Positions 17,288 to 25,900 of a DNA stretch of 64,000 nucleotides are shown here, piece after piece. The stretch is from Kiritimatiellia bacterium (GTDB lineage Bacteria > Verrucomicrobiota > Kiritimatiellia > RFP12 > UBA1067). A program made the translations under genes and the position numbers. Each line of letters opens with the position of its first letter. The first letter of the stretch is position 1. Location of the stretch: NCBI GenBank assembly GCA_050949565.1, contig JBMNFY010000008.1, positions 224,001 through 288,000 of the forward strand, in the 5' to 3' direction. The notes beneath the pieces were generated by a model. It saw nothing but the letters and a program-made list of their open reading frames with translations, made no database searches and was not told the DNA's origin.

Positions 17288-18140
17288 GTTCCTTCTTTTC
17301 CGGCAGCGACCAGCCCTCTATCACCGCTGTCGCCTTCAGGGCATCCAGATGCGCGTCTAACGTCTCCTGGTACGCCCGCTCGAACAGCACGGTCTTGAGG
17401 TCTGCCGCAATTTCATCGTGCGACACTTGACGCGGCTCCTCTTTGTGCAGCAACCTAAAGAGATGCAGCGTCTGTATGTCGAGATCAATCACATCACTGA
17501 TTGCGCCCGGCTCCAGCGCGAACAGAGCCTCCTCCACCGCTTCAGGCAACTCGCCACGCCTCACCGTGCTAAAGTCAAAATATCCGAGGTCACGCTCTAC
17601 CGTGTCTGAGTAAGCTCTCACCGCCTCAAACCACCCGATTTGGCCCTGTTCGATTTCAGACTTGATGCGCAACAACTCCAAAAACTCATTCGCTCTCGTG
17701 GCGGGGGTGACCAAACGGCAGATATGGCTGAGTTGTACGCCTTCGCCGAGCATCAAGGAACTGGCGTTCTCCGTGTAAAACGCGCGCACCTCCTCATCAC
17801 TCGGCGGCTTCACACGCTTGCGCATTTCCCGCAGTAGCCTGCGCTGCTGCAGAGCGACGCGCGCTTCTTCCGCCCGTTGCTCTTCAGGAAAAGCCGAATA
17901 GTCTGCCGACTCCAGTTCCTTGCGCACCCGCTCGTCGTTCGGCACAGGCTGAGTCTTGATCGCCTCATTCCGCAGCAGCACCCCCTCGACCAGATTCTCC
18001 ACCGCCCAATCACGAAGTTGCTCCTCACTCGGCTCGCCGCCGTGCTTCTGCACGTACTCGACATACGCCGGGCGCAGCGCATCAATCTCGGACAGAATCT
18101 TTTGCTCTGTGATCTCTACCCCGTCTACTTTTACAGCCAT
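17271..18140 (-). CDS. PpiC/parvulin-type peptidyl-prolyl isomerase, SurA/PrsA-like foldase
   Basis: VKVDGVEITE, VQLSHIC, AVRAYSD, GELPEAVEEALFALEPGAISDVI..LHLFRL. Confidence 0.85.
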   Translation of the reverse strand: MAVKVDGVEITEQKILSEIDALRPAYVEYVQKHGGEPSEEQLRDWAVENLVEGVLLRNEAIKTQPVPNDERVRKELESADYSAFPEEQRAEEARVALQQRRLLREMRKRVKPPSDEEVRAFYTENASSLMLGEGVQLSHICRLVTPATRANEFLELLRIKSEIEQGQIGWFEAVRAYSDTVERDLGYFDFSTVRRGELPEAVEEALFALEPGAISDVIDLDIQTLHLFRLLHKEEPRQVSHDEIAADLKTVLFERAYQETLDAHLDALKATAVIEGWSLPEKKEPTAAQ

Positions 18141-18457
18141 CTTACCATCCCCATTTCAACCGAACCGCTCCGCGCACACCACCGCGCGCCCAAACAAATG
18201 TGGCGAGTTTCTCACACCCTTTACTCCCGCGTCAAGCGCCGTTCGCCTCCGATTCGTCGATTCGCCGTAATCGGTTAGTGACAGGAAGTATGTGAGTTTA
18301 GTGCGTGGTTGGTGCTCATTTCGGCACTCACAAGTCAGGTGAAAAGATTTGGAGACAAGCTATAACCATCACAAGTCGAAAATTCTGAAGTTATCAACAC
18401 GGTTTCACCTTGGTTTTCGGGGGTACGAAGTCAGTGTTGGTCTTGTACACGAGTACT

Positions 18458-19598
18458 GGGGTCGTAGTTTGACATTAGACATTCGAGAGTTGCGGAGCGT
18501 TTTCTCGATGTGGTAATGTATCGCCATGGCAAGACAACTGAGGCACCACTATGCGGGGGGATGGTATCACATCACCAGCCGGGGCATGGGGCGGATGGCG
18601 ATCTTTATCGATGACCGCGACCGCGAGCACTTCGTGGAGTTGCTGTCCGAGATGGTCGAGCGTTACGGGGTCGTGCTACACGCCTACGTGCTGATGGATA
18701 ATCACTACCATCTGCTGATCGAGACACCTACCGCTAATGCGAGCCGGGCACTGCAATGGCTGAACCTGAGCCACAGCATGTGGTTCAAAACTCGGCATGG
18801 CCACGCGGGGTCTGTTTTTCAGGCGCGTTTCAAGAGCATCCCCGTCGAGGATGCTGGCTCGTGGGCGCTGACGTGCAGCGTGTACATCCACCTGAACCCC
18901 GTGCGGATCAAAGCGCTGGGGCTCGGCAAAGAGGATCGTGCGATGGAGAAGGCGGCACTCCCGCCTGAAGGGCCACCCAAAGAGCTGGTGCGCGCGCGGC
19001 TGGCCAAACTGCGGGGCTATCGGTGGAGTTCTTACCGAGCGTACGCGGGTTATGCGCCGTCTCCGGAATGGCTGACCTGCGCGACGCTCTGGGAGCGTTG
19101 TTGTCCGGCGGCCGAAGACCCAAAAATGGAATACCGCCGGCATCTGGAGGACTATCTGCGACAGGGTGTCGGGGAGGACCTGTTCGCCAGAATCAGTGCT
19201 GCAGTCGCCATCGGCGGGGCGGCTTTCGTCGAAAACCTGCGCAAGAGAGTACCGAGGCGGGCGCGCGGCGAGACGAACGCGCGCGCATGGCGCAGGATGT
19301 TGCCGTTCGACGAGGTCGTGCGCGCGGTCGAGTCGGTCAAGGGCATGGGATGGGCTGACTTTGCTGAACGCAGGGGCGACTGGGGCCGTGACTTGGCTCT
19401 GTACATCGGGAGGATGCGGTGCGGACTGACGTTGAAGGAACTCGGAGCACAGGCTGGCGGGTTGAGCGTGCCCGCAGTTGCCAAGGCAGTCGAACGGATG
19501 GCGGCGCGGCTGAAAAACGACAAAGCCTTGCATCGGTCGGCGGCACACGTATTAAAGTTACTGGAAAAACGAAATGTCTAATGTCAAACTACGACCCC
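18458..19598 (+). mobile_element. Autonomous Y1-HUH (RAYT-like) element bounded by perfect 26-bp inverted repeats
   Basis: GGGGTCGTAGTTTGACATTAGACATT at 18458-18483 and its exact reverse complement at 19573-19598, overlapping the transposase stop. Confidence 0.92.
18526..19581 (+). CDS. IS200-like Y1 HUH transposase (RAYT-related) with C-terminal DnaA_C/TrpR-like HTH
   Basis: YHITSRG, HUH motif MDNHYHLL, catalytic Tyr in YIHLNPVR, WSSYRAY, C-terminal GLTLKELGAQAGGLSVPAVAKAVERM. Confidence 0.92.
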   Translation: MARQLRHHYAGGWYHITSRGMGRMAIFIDDRDREHFVELLSEMVERYGVVLHAYVLMDNHYHLLIETPTANASRALQWLNLSHSMWFKTRHGHAGSVFQARFKSIPVEDAGSWALTCSVYIHLNPVRIKALGLGKEDRAMEKAALPPEGPPKELVRARLAKLRGYRWSSYRAYAGYAPSPEWLTCATLWERCCPAAEDPKMEYRRHLEDYLRQGVGEDLFARISAAVAIGGAAFVENLRKRVPRRARGETNARAWRRMLPFDEVVRAVESVKGMGWADFAERRGDWGRDLALYIGRMRCGLTLKELGAQAGGLSVPAVAKAVERMAARLKNDKALHRSAAHVLKLLEKRNV

Positions 19599-19620
19599 GC
19601 ACTGCTTCTAGGAGGAGTTC

Positions 19621-20583
19621 ATGATGCGCGGCAAAGACATATTCTTTCTGTGTGGCATTATCATTACGGTTGCGATGATCGTGCTGATTTTCCGAAACGG
19701 AACCAATGATCCGCTTGCACCGGGAATGCCTTCCTCTGAACGACGGGCGACAAACGTTGCCAAGGCACCCCAACAAGACGCTGTCCCAATTTCAGAAAAG
19801 GCCGTGTTTGTCCTCACACAGCAGACAGAGATTGCGCCTCCCAACACTGTAGAGCCGAGTGACGAATCGGTGAAATCTGAAACGATTTTAATCAAGGTGG
19901 CAGGCCGCGAATTTCCATTGCTGTTTGAAGATCCAGATATATCCGATACCCTAAAGAGTGTGATAGGCCGTGATATTACCCTGAATCTCGCTCATTTTAA
20001 GCATGTCACTCTAAGGGATGTCTCTGGCGAACGCTCGGATTCTGAACACAGATCATCACTGAAGGCGACCCATCTTTTGGATGAAGGGTGTCAGGAGCGT
20101 CTGTTCCCAGAAGTGTTCGAGAATAATTTCGGAGGTGTCATCGTGAGTAATTCGACACCCCATATTGTTGTTTGCAAAAAGTTGATTGAAGAGTACGAGC
20201 GAGCGCTAGATTACAAAACACGGCATCCTGTCATGTTTAAGCGCTTGGAAGAATTTCTTGCCCGACTGCGAAGCGCTCAGTTTCTCAAAACAATCGAGGA
20301 CAATCCCGAAAAAGCACAAAATGCTTTCTTCTTGGAAAGAGGTCCTAACGAAGGTGTTGACTACTCGCAACAACTCTCCGGACTATTGAGAAATGCCACG
20401 ATACGAGACCCCAGCATTCTTGATTTTTATCCATCAGATAACTACGGCATAAAGCAAGGAACGGTCTGTATGCCGTTACTGATATGGCCAGATGACATGA
20501 ACAGTGAACCTGTCTTGAAAGGGATTCCCTTGTTTATCTACATCGATGGAGAATGGCGCATATACGTGCCGCGTTTGCTTTGA
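19621..20583 (+). CDS. Hypothetical membrane-anchored protein, AT-rich orphan between the Y1 element and MITE-2
   Basis: RBS AGGAGG; N-terminal hydrophobic helix; visibly lower GC than host genes. Confidence 0.8.
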   Translation: MMRGKDIFFLCGIIITVAMIVLIFRNGTNDPLAPGMPSSERRATNVAKAPQQDAVPISEKAVFVLTQQTEIAPPNTVEPSDESVKSETILIKVAGREFPLLFEDPDISDTLKSVIGRDITLNLAHFKHVTLRDVSGERSDSEHRSSLKATHLLDEGCQERLFPEVFENNFGGVIVSNSTPHIVVCKKLIEEYERALDYKTRHPVMFKRLEEFLARLRSAQFLKTIEDNPEKAQNAFFLERGPNEGVDYSQQLSGLLRNATIRDPSILDFYPSDNYGIKQGTVCMPLLIWPDDMNSEPVLKGIPLFIYIDGEWRIYVPRLL

Positions 20584-20621
20584 ATAGTGAGTTGTGCGGT
20601 CGTGTGTCTCCAGAGAGTAGT

Positions 20622-20875
20622 GGGGTCGTAGTTTGACATTAGACATTCGAGAGTTGCGGAGCGTTTTTGTGGTATGGTAATGCATCGTCATGGCAAGGCA
20701 ACTGAGGCACCACCGAAAGGATGGCGGCGTGTCTGGAAAAACGAAATGTCTAATGAGGGTCTTGCAAAACCCCTTGCTTGCAGGTGTGGCACGGGCATCT
20801 TGCCCGTGTCTCATGGGCGGGACGCCCATGCCACGAGGGGTTTTGCAAGAGCCTCTAATGTCAAACTACGACCCC
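20622..20875 (+). mobile_element. MITE-2 of the Y1 element; right IR interrupted by a 101-bp MITE
   Basis: Left IR 20622-20647; ATGGCAAGGCAACTGAGGCACCAC fused to the transposase 3' end; right IR split as AATGTCTAAT[insert]GTCAAACTACGACCCC. Confidence 0.92.
20755..20855 (+). mobile_element. 101-bp MITE with 19-bp TIRs and TAAT target duplication
   Basis: GAGGGTCTTGCAAAACCCC ... GGGGTTTTGCAAGAGCCTC; TAAT at 20751-20754 and 20856-20859. Confidence 0.95.
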
Positions 20876-20884
20876 CACTGCTTG

Positions 20885-21088
20885 GTCGATCGCGGCACTC
20901 TTGGCCTTCTTGCTCTTCAGTTTTGAATAGGCGCGCCGCTTCGCGCCGACGTATTCCATCGTGGCTTTCCGTGACATCTCGTTTCTCATGCGAGCCGATT
21001 CTAGCACGGTGTCCAGTATTTGACGAATGCGCTTGATTTCCGGACACCGCGATTTTGGCTACGGTGTCCATGACTATGACATACCGCG
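20885..21088 (-). mobile_element. Truncated 204-bp end fragment of the IS at 46562-48026
   Basis: Near-identical to 47823-48026. Confidence 0.92.
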
Positions 21089-21114
21089 CGCAATTCCCTT
21101 CTCTCGATGATCGT

Positions 21115-21144
21115 TTGACAAAACCGGCACCGGTGCGTTACCCT
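21115..21144 (+). promoter_or_regulatory. Putative sigma70 promoter for nagB
   Basis: TTGACA-N18-TACCCT. Confidence 0.4.
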
Positions 21145-21193
21145 TCTTTCTCAATTTCACTGTATTCTGTATCTGTAAAGCAAAGGACATCGT

Positions 21194-21961
21194 ATGAACA
21201 TCATTATTTGCCCGACCGCCGAAGCGGCCAGCCTGCGGGCTGCTGATATGATTACTGAAGCCGTGCGCAAACGCCCTGAGACCGTGCTCGGCCTCGCCAC
21301 CGGCAGCACGCCCACGCTCCTTTACAAGGCGCTGATCCAAGCCCACCGTGACGGACTCGACTTCAGCCGGGTGCGCACCTTCAACCTCGATGAGTACCAC
21401 GGGCTCGCCCCCGACCATCCGCAATCCTACCGCCGGTTCATGGAAGAACAACTCTTCAACCACCTGAATCTGGATCTGGCCAACACGCATGTGCCCGATG
21501 GCTTGGCAAAGGATGTTGCGGCGCACTGCGCGGCGTATGAGGCGGAGATCAAAGCAGCCGGCGGCATCGACATCCAGGTGCTCGGCATCGGCTCCAACGG
21601 CCACATCGGCTTCAACGAGCCCGCCTCTTCGCTGGTCTCGCGCACTCGGCTTGTGGCGCTTACCCAGCAGACCATCAGCGACAACGCGCGCTTTTTCGAT
21701 GCAGCCGACGAAGTGCCGCGCCACGCCATTTCGATGGGCATCGGTACGATCCTCGAAGCCAAGCGCTGCATCATGCTCTGCTTCGGCGAACACAAGGCCA
21801 AGGCCGTGCGCGCCGCGATCGAAGGCGGCGTCTCGCAGTTCACGCCGGCCTCGGCGTTGCAGATGCACCCTGACACCACGGTCTTCCTGGACGAGGCCGC
21901 AGCGGCCGATCTCGAGTTGAAAGAGTACTATCGCTGGAGCGCTGCCAACCAGCCAGCTTGA
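21194..21961 (+). CDS. nagB: Glucosamine-6-phosphate deaminase
   Basis: VLGLATGSTP, TFNLDEY, GIGSNGHIGFNEP, ISMGIGTI, PASALQMHP. Confidence 0.97.
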   Translation: MNIIICPTAEAASLRAADMITEAVRKRPETVLGLATGSTPTLLYKALIQAHRDGLDFSRVRTFNLDEYHGLAPDHPQSYRRFMEEQLFNHLNLDLANTHVPDGLAKDVAAHCAAYEAEIKAAGGIDIQVLGIGSNGHIGFNEPASSLVSRTRLVALTQQTISDNARFFDAADEVPRHAISMGIGTILEAKRCIMLCFGEHKAKAVRAAIEGGVSQFTPASALQMHPDTTVFLDEAAAADLELKEYYRWSAANQPA

Positions 21962-21971
21962 GCTGGAGCCA

Positions 21972-22895
21972 ATGTCCGCCACCCCGACTCTTGCGCCTTG
22001 GTTCCGGCTGCTGCGTCTGCCCAACCTGCTGACCGTGCCGGGCGACCCCGTCGCCGGCGCCTTGTTGGCCGCCGCAGCCGTGTCGCGTGCACCTAGTGCT
22101 CCGGCGCTGGCTGCCGCAGCGGGTGCCTCGCTTTGCCTGTACGCCTTCGGTCTGATCCTGAACGACCTGATGGATATCGAGACCGACCGCGCCGAACGGC
22201 CGGACAGGCCGCTGCCGTCGGGCGAAATCCCGGTGTCACAGGCGCGCATGGCGGCCGTTGTCGTAGCGCTCGCCGGGCTCAATCTGGCGCTGATTGCCGG
22301 ACGTCCGGCACTGCACGCCGCAGCAGTGCTGGCCGCTCTGATCATCCTCTACAACGGCGGTGCGAAGCGCATTCCCGTAGTGGGCGCGCTGACGATGGGT
22401 CTCTGTCGCGGCATGAACTTGATGCTCGGCGCGCTGGCTCTCGGAGCGCCTGCCTCAATCGGCCAGTGGTTGCCCGTCTTGCTTGCCGCTGTCGGCCTAA
22501 CGCTCTACGTGGCCGCCTTCTCAGCGTTAGCCGCGCGTGAGATGGCGACCGAAAAACCGCAAGGTTCGCTACGCTGGCTGCCGTTCGCCGCGTTGCTCAT
22601 TGTGCTGCCCGCTGTGCTCGTGGCAAGCACCGTGCAACATCCACCACAAACGCTGCTCCCTGTGGCCTACGTGTTCCTGATGGTCATGACCCTGATGCGC
22701 GCGTGGTTGTTGGGCGGCGTCATGTACCAACTGCAACCGGTGCCCGTGACTATCGGCGGTCACATCCGCAATCTCTTGATGGTACAGGCCTGTTTTTGCT
22801 TGGCGGCTGGTTTGCGCGGGTTGCTGCCAGCGCTCTTCTTCGTCCTGCTTGCGTGCATCTTTCCGCGCCTCGCCGCCCGTTTTTACAGCAGTTGA
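21972..22895 (+). CDS. UbiA-family prenyltransferase (EboC-like)
   Basis: LLRLPNLLTVPGD, NDLMDIETDRAERPDRPLPSG, MGLCRGMN; multiple TM helices. Confidence 0.88.
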   Translation: MSATPTLAPWFRLLRLPNLLTVPGDPVAGALLAAAAVSRAPSAPALAAAAGASLCLYAFGLILNDLMDIETDRAERPDRPLPSGEIPVSQARMAAVVVALAGLNLALIAGRPALHAAAVLAALIILYNGGAKRIPVVGALTMGLCRGMNLMLGALALGAPASIGQWLPVLLAAVGLTLYVAAFSALAAREMATEKPQGSLRWLPFAALLIVLPAVLVASTVQHPPQTLLPVAYVFLMVMTLMRAWLLGGVMYQLQPVPVTIGGHIRNLLMVQACFCLAAGLRGLLPALFFVLLACIFPRLAARFYSS

Positions 22896-22904
22896 CTCAC
22901 GCCG

Positions 22905-25900
22905 TTACGGTTGCTGCACCCTCAGCCTGAAAAAGCGCACCGGCGCGGACGGACCGGGGATGATTTCGAGCCGCGTGATCGCGATCGCCGGATCTTCCGT
23001 GGCTTGCGGGTCAAGCAGACGTACCGTGAGTCCCGTGTCTTGCTGCGCGTCCAGCCAAGATGCGGCGGACGCGGTCAGATCGTCGGTGCAGACCACTAGG
23101 TATGACAGCCCCGCCTGTTCGTCCACGCGCGTGCGATACGCGTAAACCAGTGCACCTGCGACGCGGTCGAGGCGCGGCAGATACGGCGTGATCGGTTCTG
23201 TACGACCGGCTCCCAACGCATACCGCAACAGATTGGCTACGCCGTCCGCACCAACCGCCAGCGGACCGCTCACGGCAACATCCGTACGTTCAGCCAGCGT
23301 GAACCACTCGGCACACCATGCCGCGTAGCCGTGCGTAGGGCGGGATATTTTGAGCATGCGGCCCGAACCTGCCGCAACCGTTGACAGATTGAGCGCCACC
23401 GGGCACGGGGCGTAGGTCTGCCCTTCAAACACTTCGGTGCCGTACGGATCGAGTACAAAAAAGTGCCACGATGCCAACGCGATCCACCGCGTGAAATCCA
23501 CGGAAGACGCCGTCGCGAAACCACCCAGTACGTAACCGTCTTCTGGCGGCAACACGTCGAGATAGACATAAATACGATTATCGGCGTCCAGTATCTTCGA
23601 GAAAGGTGCTGCGCTGAACCGCAACTCCAGCGTGTCGTTGCCCGCGCTGTTATCCCCCGCCGTAGTGAAGCGGAACGCGAAATCCACTCCGCCACCCACA
23701 GATTGCGCTTGAAGGCGACCCGCTCCCCCTGCCCCAGGCGAGATCCAGCCGCCGCCCGTCACGCTACCCACGCAGCCAGTGCCGCACAGCCAAGCGTTAT
23801 CGCCGATTGCGATATCCGCGCCGCGCATCGCCGTGTCCACCTGCAAGCCGCCCCCCGCAACCGTGACCACGCCTTCATAATCCGCCGCATCACGCGCGAC
23901 CACGAGCCGTCCACCGCCCTGCTTCATCAACGGCGACACCCCCCAGAGCCCGCCATCCAACACGAGTGTATTGCACAGCAGACGGTCGCCGGAAACATCC
24001 TCCACAGCGATACATGCATCACCCGCCGTCAGCACGACCGGCACCGGCACAGCGGCCCAGTTCGCGACACCGCCCGGCGCATAACGCAGGCCGCCCGTTC
24101 CGGCCGCGCCCGCCGCTCCGGCACTTGCCAGCGTCACCGCGCCGCCGAACGCATACGTGCGCGGCGGTCCGCTCAGCGGATCGCCCGATGTCAAACAAAG
24201 CTGGCCGCCGGACTCAATCGTGACACCGGCTGCGGCGGACGGCGCGGCCGGTTGCGTCATACTCAACACGCCCTCTCGAATGACCGTGCTCCCGCTATAC
24301 GTCTTGCCGCCACCGGTCATCGTGCAGCGTCCCGGCCCCTCTTTGATCAAGCCGCCCGAACCGCTCCACCCCGCCTGTACGCGCAAGCCGCCGTATTCCG
24401 CATCACCCACCGTGTTGCTCACCACCACTCGCAGGTCGGTGGCCAGCACCACACCGCGCGTCACCTCCACCGCCGTGAACCCCACGTCATCGCCAACCAC
24501 CGTCAACGAGGCCGCCTCCGCCCCGCCATCGAACGTTAACGTAGCTCCCGCCGGCGCATCCTTCTTGTTGCGGATACGGTTACTGAACGTCCCGTTGTCG
24601 ACCGTCACATGGCCGACCGTCACCGGCTGCGTGGCGATGCGCACATTGCGGCGCGGCAATCCGTCCTCGTCCGGCACGGTCGGCGGCGGGATGACCACGC
24701 GCGCGCCCGGCCAATTCGGGAAGAGCCCGCTGTCCCAGCAAGCATCCTTATCCCAGTTCTCTTCACCGGCGGGCAGAAAGACCGCAGGCGCTTGCGCATT
24801 GGGATCAGGCTCGAAACGGGCAGTGAACGTCTGTTGCGCGGACACCGGCAACACGGAGAGGCAAGCGTTGGTGCTACCGGGCTCGATCCAGCCGGCGAAC
24901 CGATAGCCCGGACGCGGCAGCGCGCGCAGAGTCACCGGCACTTCGCGGAAATACCAGCCGCGCCACGGATAGGGCGTCGCAGGATCGGGAATGCCCAGCG
25001 TGTCGCCATCCACGAGGATGTCGTTGACCTGCACACGTCCGTGCGCCGGATCGGACGTTGCCACGCATACCTCGGCCGTACTCAAGTTGAAGCGCGTACA
25101 CATGTGCCGCCACTCCCACGCATGACGGTCACGCGCGTACGCCCAAATACTGGCCACCTGATTGGACCACGTCGCTGTGCTAAAAATCGCGCCGGGCCAG
25201 CGCGCGATGTGCCGCGGCATCTCAGGCGCCACGGCATCGCGGAACTGTTCGGTCAGCGCGCGCGTGCGACGCGGCTGATAGGCAGTATTGAGTTGATCGG
25301 CGTAGCGCGTCAACATCCGCGTGCGGAAATCCGCGTTTTCCAGCAGCCTTCGGAACAGCCGCGTGGCAGCCTCGCAGACGCGGCCGCTGCCGGTTGTCGA
25401 CGTGGCCCAGGCCCACATGTCGGTGTCGGGCGGATCGGGGTCCCAACCCGCGAATGCGAAATCGACGTCAAACATCAACCAGCGCCAGCGCGCGTCGTGG
25501 GCGTACGGTGCGTCGGGCGCAGTGTTCGCGGTGCGCGTGCGCCAGAACTTGATGTTGTTGCCGGGCCAATCCTTGTTTACCACAAACATGTTGGCCAGCA
25601 TGTAATCCATGAAGTTCGCCACATCCACCTGACTGGTCACGGTGGCGTACGCGGCGGCATTGACGAGCGAGTTGGTCGAGAGCCATGTCAACAGCGCGTT
25701 GAAATCGGACGCCGAGCCTTCATCCGCCACCGTCACGGAAGAGCCGTACGGAAAACCGATGATGTCCACCTGCTCAGGATCAGCACCGTACACGCGTTCC
25801 AGATAACGCGCATCGTAGCGCTCGCGCAGATTGTGGACGCCCCAGTATTCGCCGTTCAGGAACACGACCGACGGCCGGTATGCCTGCGTGTCATGCCGCA

